A stretch of DNA of 34,830 bases from Ginkgo biloba (Eukaryota > Plantae > Ginkgophyta). Of this stretch, positions 24,440 to 34,830 are shown piece by piece; the first letter of the stretch is position 1, and each line of letters opens with the position of its first letter. Under the pieces are notes generated by a model. The model ran no database searches, was not told the DNA's origin, and saw only the letters and a program-made list of their open reading frames with translations. The position numbers were made by a program, and so were the translations under genes. The stretch is taken from assembly GCA_024626585.2 (NCBI GenBank), contig JANKJI020000002.1, positions 69,050,514 through 69,085,343 on the forward strand, written 5' to 3'.

Positions 24440-25264
24440 GAAGGGCAACCCCACTTATTTGAAAAAATCTCCTTTTAGAACTCGTAGAATCCTAAGTACA
24501 TTCTAAAGTTGATCCATGAAATATTGTGGGTAGTCCAATATTATACTGGTTTAGATTTTTGTTTGTTTACTTATCGTCTTGATGCTTCCTAATACAAATT
24601 AAGAATTAGTTTTCCACACTTAGTCTTAATTACTTTTAGCACTCCCATAAGTAGGAGATCGTCTACAAATAATTGATGAGAGCAAATAAGAATATTGGGT
24701 ACTATTTGTAATCCNNNNNNNNNNTAGACCTAAGTTTTTACACGATACTAAAATATTACACCAAGTTTCTGTTGCTAAAATGTAGAAGGGGACAATGGGT
24801 ATCTTTATCGTATACCCCTAAAGGTGGAGAATACATCCAAGGGCCTACCATTGATCAAGATAAGCATATTTATCTTAACAAAAAGATCTTCAATTGAAAG
24901 CAAATTATACTAGTGGATTCCTATTCACTTAGAATCAAGAGTATAATGTTCAACTCAAGTTTATCATAGGATTTACTCATATCCAACTTGAGCATCATTG
25001 AAATTTGTTTTCTTATTCTAGTTGTGTAGAGGAATTTTATCACATTTGTGATGTTGAACTCCCTTACACATATGCCATATGATGCGAAGTCATAATGGTC
25101 TTTATAAGAGGACTGAGTCCATTAGACACTAGTTTTGTAAGAACCTTGTACGAAATGTTGTGGAGGATATTTAGCATTCAATCTCTAAAAGTATCCCCTT
25201 CCTTCATCTCAAGAATCATGGCAAGTAAGGTTTCATTAATGGCTAGGTCTAGGAACCTTATACA
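24440..25264 (-). mobile_element. Second, independent LINE reverse-transcriptase fragment (decayed)
   Basis: Minus-strand motifs in RT order: INETLLAMIL...RD*MLNILHNISYKVLTKLVSNGLSPLIKTIM; MLKLDMSKSYDKLE (~24955-25000); ILINGRPLDVFSTFRGIR*RYPLSP; LFVDDLLLMG (~24645-24672); EASRR*VNKQKS; MYLGF. Confidence 0.88.
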
Positions 25265-27538
25265 NNNNNNNNNNNNNNNNNNNNNNNNNNNNNNNNNNNN
25301 NNNNNNNNNNNNNNNNNNNNNNNNNNNNNNNNNNNNNNNNNNNNNNNNNNNNNNNNNNNNNNNNGGCTAGGACCTTATGTTTTGAAAAAACTACGTGAAA
25401 ATGGGTCAACTGAATTGTCCAAGTTGACTGGTGAATCAGTACCAGATCGAGTCAATGGAGCTCAATTAAAGCTATTCTGGGATTGAGAAGGTGGAGAAAA
25501 TTCTTTTGTACATATATAAAATAGTGTACATAATTCATATGAAGTTCACCTTAAACTCAACTTAAAATGGAAGGATTATTATGAGTGAATTGGAGAAGAA
25601 GGAAGTTTAAAATATTGTTCTTGGAACAAATTTTAGCACAAGATTCAAGTAGGAAATGCTGAAGGAAATTTTCCAAGTATCACACTTGGACAAATAAAGG
25701 AAGTCATGTAAAAGTGATCATTTTGCAAAATAGGAAGAAATCTGTGAAATGGATAAAATCAAGTGACAATGAAGAATTTGCAAATTTTTGCAAGATTGCT
25801 AGGTAAATTCTTGTGATAAAGAAGAATTAAAAAATAAGGGTTGGATATTGGCATATTGCTAAGTGTGTTTCGACACTTATGAAAAAATTTCAAAATCGCC
25901 AAGGAATGCGAAAACGCAAAGAAATATTAAGTCACGAAGAAGGATTGAGTTGCAAAGATTGTCTAGAATTCAAACATTGGTAAGTCTTGTGATTGGAAAA
26001 TTTGATGCGACAGTAGGAGAAGTATTGAGAAAGTTGAAAAATTCAAAGCCATTAAATGAAGCATTGAAGATAGAGGTAAAAAATTGATCAAGTATAGGAA
26101 GTACTTAGGAACAATTTTGACTAATGCGCGAAAAAAAAAACTTTAAATTGCAGCATATTGCTAAGCTGCAAAAAATGAATACGCTTTCCAGAACTTGGTA
26201 AAGTCTTGCGGCTATGCAAAAGTTGGCGACAAGGTTTTAAGTCATGAAAATATGCCATGTTGTGAAAAATGTCAAGAATCTCAAAGTTGGAAAAGTCTCG
26301 TGACTTTGCAAAAGGTTGCGCAAGTATCGCAAGTTGTGAAGAAATATAATATTATTTGATAAGAGAAAACTAGAATTATTGGAGCTAAAAAATGAGTACT
26401 TCAATCAAAATTGATCAAAACTATAGTGCATTTAGACAATATTCAAACATGTCAAATTAGAGTTAACGTACTATGGAACTTTAGATCCTCACGAACACCT
26501 TAATAATTTTTTGAAGGTATTGATTTAACTTTTGTAAGATTCCTTACAAGCAACTACAATTAGTGGGTCACACATCAACAATAACTTTAAGATCAGATGA
26601 AAGCTACTTCTATGTTTCAGAGATGGTTTAACAATCAACTAAAAAGTTCAATTGTGTTACTAAAGAGTAATAGAGATCTAACCTACAAAAACACATTGGG
26701 ATATGCAAAGTAAAATGGATGGAAGTTGGTGAAATAAAAGAAGAAAAATTATGACATAACTTCATATGCACATTAAGGGTTGTTCTAAGTTATTAATACT
26801 TCCATGAAGAGATCTTTCAATAGACTTCTAATTAGAAAATCATCAAAGTTTATTTTATGAAAGTTTTTCATTCTTAAGATGATATCCAAGATTTCATCAA
26901 TGATTAGTTCCTTTTCAAGATTTATGTGTAGCATCTCTATTAAGGTTTCATTTGAGGGTGCGGATTTACTAAGAATTTGTGATGCCCATAATCTAGAAGT
27001 TGTACAACCATTGGTTCTCCAAAAAATTGGAGAACTCTATTTCGTCCTCCTTGATTAGTCTTTAGAAACTAAAAAAAAAAAAAAAAAAAATTCTCTCCTT
27101 AATGNNNNNNNNNNNNNNNNNNNNNNNNNNNNTCATTTGTTCTATCTTTTATTATTTGAAGATTAGAGTAGTTAAGAATAGTTGTCATTTGCTCTATCTT
27201 ATATTATTTTACACTAATTAATTATTCAAAAATTATTGATAGTCCTTTTCATTATAGGTACCTCATGTGAGTATAAGGAGATATCATACAAGTTGATGAA
27301 CCACCCATAATTATATCCATAAAACTCATGAGGTTGAAGACGTTACATAAATAAAAGTTGCATCGTGGCATTAAGGGCATAAATATGGTATCATCATAAT
27401 ATGGGTGTCTAGAATGAATACGAGAATAATCATAAATCCATATAAAAGAAGAAGTCACATAAAAGTCAAGCTCAACTGAAAAGATATGATAATATAGAAA
27501 AGGTGGATCATCTTTTGAAGAAGGAAAGGAGACACAAT

Positions 27539-29302
27539 AAGAAAAGGTAATCCAATACCACACACCCAACCATTACAACAAATAAGGACATGATCACAAC
27601 CTATCTACACCTATTATTGTTTGGACAACATATGTAGTGTAGGACATCTTTTGAAGACCTAAATGACTCCCACCAAAATCATGCTTAGATGGATGAATAG
27701 AGTGGCAACATCAATGCATTTCTTATTAATTACGCTAATGAAGATGAGAATTCATGCATTCTTAGAGGTCTACAAATATTTTAAGGACTACAAGAGAAGA
27801 GAGAAATGTTGCTAGAATGGAACAAGTTACTCCACTTATATTTCTTTGATAAGAATTGAAGATAATTTCATTAATGAACATGCAAGGTCAAAGAAGATGC
27901 TGTAAGAAATGTTTTTTCTTAAAGGATACTAAGCATATCCATTCCAAAATCAACTTCATGGAAGAAGCAAGTTATAATCATAATACAAGGCAGCCCCACA
28001 ACCACAATTAACATATTTAACATTTTAATTTAACAAAGAATTTCCTACCTTATATTTTGGTTTTCTTTCTTTCTTTGTACTCAATTGTTTGTTTCACTTC
28101 CATTATATATCCTTTAAAACCACTCCCATTATAAGAAATTACAATCAACCTATTTATTTATAACCCTTCCATACTATAAACATCACATTCCATTCATTAT
28201 GCAACTCTCATATGAGTAATATACATAGTTAATTATGCATAATGGATCTTGGTGTGATCACACTGTTAATAATTCTCCCATGCATATCCACACTATGCGT
28301 TGCCTAGGGAGTTGTGTGTCACCATATGGTTAATCATCAAGTTAACAAAGCATATCTAGACATGGGAGTGCTGTCTTAACTATTGTGCATATGCAATTGC
28401 AATAGACAATTATATCGACAAGAAAAGGTGATCCAATTCCACACACCCAACTATTACAACAAATAAGAACATGATCACAATCTGCCTACACCTATTATTG
28501 TTTATGAGGACAACATATGTAGTGTAGGGCATCTTTTGAAGACCTACACGACTCCCACCAAAATCATGCTTATGTGGATGAATAGAATCACAATGTTGAT
28601 TCTTTTCTTACTAATTAAGCTAACGAAGATGAGAATTCATGCATTCTTAGAGGTCTACAAATATTTTAAGAACTATAAGATAAGAGAGAAAATGTTGCAA
28701 GAATGGAACAAGTTACTCGAGTTATATTTCTTTAACAAGAATGGAAGATAGTTTTATTAATGAAACATGCAAGGTCAAAGAGGATGTTATAAGAAATATT
28801 TTATCTTAAAGGACACTAAGCATATCCATTCCAAAATCAGTTTCATAGAAAAAGTAACTTCTAATCATAATACAAGATAACCCCATAACTACATTTAGGA
28901 TATTTAATATTTTAATTTAATTAAGCATTTCCTATGTTGTATTTAGGCTTTCTTTCTTTCTTTGTATTCAATAGTTTGTTTCGCTTTCATCATATATCCT
29001 CTAAAACTACTCCCATTATAAGAATCCATGATCAATCTATTTATATAACTCCTCCATACTTTAACCATCACATTCCATTCATTATGCAACTCTCATAGTA
29101 GCAACATACATAAAAATTTGTGCATAATGGATCATGGTGTGATCACATTGTTAATGATTCTCCCATGCATATCCACTCTAGACATTGCCAAGAAAGTTAT
29201 ACGTGTCACGATATGGTTCATCATCAAGTTGAGAAAACATATCTAGTTATGAGAGTGTTGTCTTGACTACCATGCATATGTAATGACAATAGACAATTAT
29301 AT
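27539..29302. repeat. Diverged head-to-tail tandem duplication, unit ~881 bp x2
   Basis: Copy 1 starts AAGAAAAGGTAATCCAATACCACACACCCAA at 27539 and copy 2 starts AAGAAAAGGTGATCCAATTCCACACACCCAA at 28420. Both end ...CAATAGACAATTATAT. Shared internal blocks include GAAGATGAGAATTCATGCATTCTTAGAGGTCTACAAATATTTTAAG and CATCACATTCCATTCATTATGCAACTCTCATA. Confidence 0.95.
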
Positions 29303-30770
29303 GGCGGTGCATTTTGTAATCTAAGTCAATTAAGAATATTTTTTGTAGATCTTGTATCACTTAACATACAATNNNNNNNNNNNNNNNNNNNNNNNNNNNN
29401 NNNNNNNNNNNNNNNNNNNNNNNNNNNNNNNNNNNNNNNNNNNNNNNNNNNNNNNNNNNNNNNNNNNNNNNNTATTGGGGTTCCTTGGTTCCATAGTCTT
29501 GTAATTGTTCTCTTACTACCAAGTGTGTATAGCATGTTGTGGAATTAATAGAATCCTTGTTCATTATCCAATATTTCTTATGAGGCTTAAATGCTTGAAT
29601 ATTTACTTGGAATCTTATCCATAATGTGGAAAGAGGGTGTATTGATCTTGTATACCAATTGTATTATTGCATAGAGGATTCCTTGGATGATTGTGTAGGT
29701 ATTGACAACTTTAGCAAGTACATGCAGAGGAATATCTTGGGTTACATACAAAGACACAATAAATTTTTGAGTCATTGTCTAATTTTTGGCATCCTACAGA
29801 GCACACCATATTTGTGTAGCATACTTATATGGTACCACATAAATGCACACTAAAGGAGCATGTAAATCCATGATATTAGACTGATATGCATAGAATTATA
29901 TGATATCTCGGGGAAAGACCATATACCAAAGAAAATAGAACTAGTTTTCCATGAAAAGAAGAGATTCAAACAATTACAACATATAAGTACTCCCTTGGTT
30001 TTGATACAAATCACTTTCACTATGAAATTGAAGGTCATCCCTTCATCCTTCTACCAAGAAGGTATATCATTACTTGCTAAATATTATTTTCATTTGTTTA
30101 TTCACCATAAGAAATAAGTTAAATTCCAAAAATTCATTGTAGAATTTCATATTATGAGGACTAGGACATAATATTGCATACATGAATATTTTTTGCATTA
30201 AATATAGATGTTCATCATTATTTTTATAGTATAAGAATGAATAATCCATTTGATATTATAAGTCCATTATAATATATTTAATGATATGATGTTAATTTTC
30301 TTTTAAATCATATATAATTTGAGATGAATCTAGGATATATTCATTTGTGTTAATATTTATCCTAAGACCAATGCAGTTATATTAGGATTTAAAATATAAT
30401 TATTTAATAAAATTTGATTAGATAGATCCCTTCAACATAAAGAAAAGTATGATCATATTTTTCCATTAATGTCATGGGTATAGTTTACATATAAAAAAAC
30501 TTGACATGCATGATTTTGAATTTATGTTTATTTGAATTTATCGAAATTGCTAGGAAGTAATTTAGAATCTTTTTGTTATTGACCTAATTTACACACATTT
30601 TTGTTATTAGTCTAATTTTCCACTTAAGCATGCACACATCTATTGTTTATTTAATCATTTAGATAGTGTTGCGAATGCATTTTATATTTTCTTAGTGGTG
30701 GTAAGTGATTATATTGAAATACATGTTGATTGTGATGTCACAATCAATTGTGAGTAATTTATTTGTGCAG

Positions 30771-31333
30771 GGTATAACTATCTTTTACTTATATTCAAGA
30801 CACCTCAATAGATCCACTACCTCAAGCACCCATTAGCACTGTTCTCATCAACCCTAACTATGGTGGTGAGTTGTTAAGTTGTCATATTAACAACTCAAAC
30901 TACAAATTTAAATTCATTACAAGTAGTAGTTGTTGTGGTTGTACATTTTTATAAATTAATTTGTTTTAATTCTTTATAAGATAGTCTAGGCCCTCCTAAG
31001 TAGTTAGAAAGATTGAAACATCTTACTAATGGACAACAATTTAAATTTATACATATAGAAAGGTTGACGGTGAGACAACACAAGTCTAATGTAGACTCCT
31101 CCCTTCCTCAAGTCATCATTTGAGATAGGGTGTATACAACTAATAAATTCTATCATAAGGGGAAAAGTAAGAAGATTGTTATGATAAAAGAAGACAATTT
31201 ACAAGAGAAACTAAGAAAGGAGGCTCTTCTTCTAGGTGTTATTATAGAAGTATTTCAAGCAATTATGAAAATTATTAAGAGTATGGACTCTTCCAGGATG
31301 AACAATTGGCTATATAGACATATAATGTTTTAG
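30771..31333 (+). pseudogene. Possible decayed spliced gene fragment (two phase-compatible exons) of unknown family
   Basis: Acceptor TGTGCAG/30771, donor 30865/GTGAGT, acceptor TTCTTTATAAG/30981. The spliced frame runs into ORF 31130-31333 but contains three internal stops. Confidence 0.25.
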
Positions 31334-33644
31334 ATAATGGAATAGTGGATTTCACTTTCCCATCTCATCCTCATTATATTTGTGTAGATAAGGTCCAGCT
31401 AATCTTTACTGAAATCCACCTCTTCCTGTATAAACACAACCATAGCAACAACTGCCTCTAAAGGCTTCACATACTTTAGTAGATCAATAGCCACAACCAC
31501 AACCACAACCACTTCAACATACACACTCAGTAAACTCCATAAATTAGAATAATTAATTAACAAACATTAATTCTAGGTTTATTAGTCAGGAAAGAAACAA
31601 TCAACAATATGCTTATGAATTTCTTGATTTAAGGCAAAATAGGAAGTGATCAAAGATTGAGCGAGTGACTCTTAGTTCTATGGATAATTATATGAGCACA
31701 TATATTAAGCTTTGGTAATAATATATTCAAACAATGGAGAAGATAAGATGAGAAATTGGAAGGCACGTTGATGAAAATAATGATAGATGAATTGGGGCAT
31801 TTATTTTTTCCCAATAAACATATTTAAAATTATAACTATAACCTTTTTAATACCACAACCCCTAGAAATAAGAGTATTTAGACCTAAACAACTTCACATA
31901 TACAAACTTGGAGGAATCCCACAACTTTTTTTTTTTTTTTTTTTTTTTTTTTCAACAACAAACCTNNNNNNNNNNNAAATAAATAGAGTAGATAAAGTAG
32001 AGTAAAACCAAGTAAATCCAAACTAGAGGAAAATCTCAAATACAAATAAAGTGATATTGGTCTTTTTTAATAAAATAAACATTGAATCCAAGTAGAGGAA
32101 AACCAAAGTAAATCCAAGATCAAAAAACTTAAGAAAGAATATGGATGATGTTTGATTACATTAACAAACTATTATGAGAGTATTTATACTCTTTATATTT
32201 GTGCACGACATACTTCATTATTTTTTAATTTTAATGGATACACTAAAGAAAAAGCAAAAGAAAATCAAAATGTGTCCTAGTAATCAAAGTGGATGGTGGC
32301 ATATTTTATTATTATAAGAAATTATTCCTATATTTCTTCTTATATTTTGGATTTTTTTTTCCTCTAGGAATCAATATTTGAAATTATAACCCAAGGACCT
32401 AAAATCGAATGATGATGTAATAAAAATAATAAATTAAAAAGTTTAACTATGAAAAATGNNNNNNNNNNNNNNNNNNNNNNNNNNNNNNNNNNNNNNNNNN
32501 NNNNNNNNNNNNNNNNNNNNNNNNNNNNNNNNNNNNNNNNNNNNNNNNNNNNNNNNNNNNNNNNNNNNNNNNNNNNNNNNNNNNNNNNNNNNNNNNNNNN
32601 NNNNNNNNNNNNNNNNNNNNNNNNNNNNNNNNNNNNNNNNNNNNNNNNNNNNNNNNNNNNNNNNNNNNNNNNNNNNNNNNNNATAACTTTTATATGATTA
32701 TATATGTATACAATTAAATATTTCAAATACGAATACCCATATTTTTTGGTATCTAAACTTTATTTAAATTACATGCATTTCTTATATGATTCATAGAGTG
32801 GTGGCTAGATAATTAAAATAAATATTTATCAATACCTCAAAACAAATGATCAAAACATGATAAAAATAAAAACCCTACTTATTTAATTAATGGGATTAGC
32901 AAGACAAAAACAAAAGCAAAATGAAAAAGTCAAATTATCATTAAATAACTTCCATCCATCAATTACTCCCCTGATTGATGTTTCAAAGATTTATACATAA
33001 CTTATAAAAATAATTGCTAAAAAAAGCATCAAATAATGATGCATTTAATGTGAATACACAAAATAATCCCACCTTATTACCCTTGTGATACAAATATTAT
33101 TATTGAAGGTTTAGTTAAATTATTTCACATTTTTTGATAGTCCATTGTTTTCTCATTAATTAGGGATGGTTAGACATGCCTTTATTTAAGAGCATAACTA
33201 GACCTTTACCTATGGCAATAAATACCACCATTGAGTATATTTTCAAGTTGTGAACACATTTAATGTGTATATATAGATGATCTTATCAAATTATCCTTAT
33301 TATATTGTTAATTATATGATGTTAAATATCATTAAGTATCATTCATTATTATTAGTAATTTATAAATTATTTCCTCATTTATGATGGGGGTGGTTAAACA
33401 TAAATGGCTTATTCAAAAGTGTAATAATACTCTAATTGTGATTATAAAAGTTTATCTTTGCATAAGAGAGGCAAATCTCAATGAATGCATATGAACACAG
33501 AGGAGCTTTTTGTTAAAAGAAATATTATTATATTCATTTCTAATAAAAAATCCATTTGATAAAAAATATATAGTATATTCATGGATGGAAAAAATGCACA
33601 TAATTTTATTAATGAGTTTTACAAATCCTAATCAAATATGCTTT

Positions 33645-34830
33645 TTTCCTATCACCTCTTTGTACACAACATTTCTTGTAGATTCTTTCCTTCCCATGTA
33701 GTTGTTTGCAAACAACACCTATTTTGATTCCATGGGGAGATGATACACAAGATAATTCAACATAAAGTTGACCATGAGAAAAAACATGTTGCAATTAATA
33801 CAATCCAATGTTTGCCCCTGAGCTTTATTAACCCTTATACCAAATGTTGATCGAATTGGGAATTGTTGATGTGCAAACTCAAAGAGAAATCTTATATCCG
33901 TTGGAGTTAAATTTATGTGCGATATGAAGATTCTTCTTCTTGCATAATCTCTAACTATGATTCTAGCATCAATACTATGAACATTAATGCATGAACAATC
34001 AACTGAGTCCCATTACAAGGATTGCTAACAAGATCCAAACTATACATCAATATGATTGGTTGGTGCACTTTTAGAATATGATGATGTGGAGAAAGGCCAA
34101 ATGGGTCAAGGTTATTTAAGAAGTTAACTAAATATACTATTTCTTGGCTTATATTATTCAACTAATCTAAATAGAGATGAACATGTGGTTCTCTAAGTAG
34201 TTATGATATCATTTGACCATTGATTCTATCAACATCTTTATTTTGAGGCACTAATAATATGTTTTACCTTATATGTCACATCATCACAATACAAACTAAG
34301 TTGAGAGTAAGTTGATTGAATCCTCTAAAGATGTCATGGAATTACTAAAAGTTGATTCTCAACATTCTATAATTCATAGCAGGTAACATACAATTTCTTA
34401 TTGATCCAAAGCATTAGTTGCTTATGTTTTACATGTACTCTCATGTTTATAGTCAAATGTAGGACTTTGACATGTTCCTAAATTTTATATTTAGTTATGC
34501 AAGTGTCTATTATATATGTTCAAGTGACATGTGAAACAACAAGCAAAACTTGTGAAAAGTATCTTCCAAATAGAAATAGTTTACCTTCAAATGGTATATT
34601 CTCCAAATTAAGAATTATAGTTTGTATAACATCTAATAGTGAGAGGTCTACATCTTTAAAAGCATATTTATCCATTACCACTATTTCGTCCCATTTAATC
34701 AATGATGAAACTATGATTAACTATTCCTCACATGATTGGACTAAGAACATGCAACTAGACCATAGGAATCTTGAATCTTGAGTGGGCAATGCGATCTCTA
34801 GTTAATAACAAAGTTGTAATTCATGAAGAG
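33645..34830 (-). mobile_element. Helitron Rep/Hel remnant: PIF1-type SF1 helicase, C-terminal part, pseudogenised, continues beyond the window
   Basis: Minus-strand motifs in order: LLLTRDRIAHSRFKIP; IKWDEIVVM...IPFEGKLFLFGRYFSQVLLVV (cf. WDEAPM, PFGGK...GDFRQILPVV); LHLTINMRV; LVPQNKDVDRIN; FLNNLDPFGLSPHHHILKVHQPIILM.SLD....CNGTQL; QQFPIRSTFGIRVNKAQGQTL; VFSHGQLYVELS; TRNVVYKEV. Confidence 0.92.

Noticed and set aside
24640-24675. LFVDDLLL as a copia YVDD motif
   Set aside because: The flanking KLDMSKSYD and RGIR..PLSP motifs are LINE-type.
27071-27090. Poly(A)/poly(T) runs here and at ~4515-4537 and ~31926-31952 as retroposon tails
   Set aside because: No TSD could be identified, and nearby N gaps obscure the context.
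29480-29900. Possible gypsy aspartic-protease remnant (SFHIMDKIPSKYS...WIM, minus)
   Set aside because: No catalytic D(S/T)G and no LLGRPW motif.

Overview
AT-rich, gap-ridden scaffold from a land-plant nuclear genome; the species cannot be determined from the sequence. There are four N runs of about 0.8-0.9 kb and many shorter ones. Only one intact protein-coding gene is supported: an intronless CDS (13781-14701, +, 306 aa) for a DUF1191-family type-I membrane protein with signal peptide, glycosylated ectodomain, PAPSP linker, one TM helix and a short conserved tail. It sits in a comparatively CpG-rich patch surrounded by decayed transposons: a Ty3/gypsy gag remnant (-), a probable gypsy RT/RNaseH remnant (+), a near-complete dead L1-type LINE (ORF1 zinc knuckle, APE, RT; +), a second LINE RT fragment (-), and a Helitron PIF1 helicase running off the right edge (-). 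Also present are two tiny TSD-flanked poly(A) retro-insertions, an ~881-bp diverged tandem duplication and a 75-bp tandem duplication. I see no convincing multi-gene novel system. The most interesting leads are the DUF1191 leader (a 14-codon uORF plus an AUG-stop overlapping the main start, ATGTAATG) and the orphan receptor-like protein itself. All family assignments come from manual translation and recalled motifs, not database searches.
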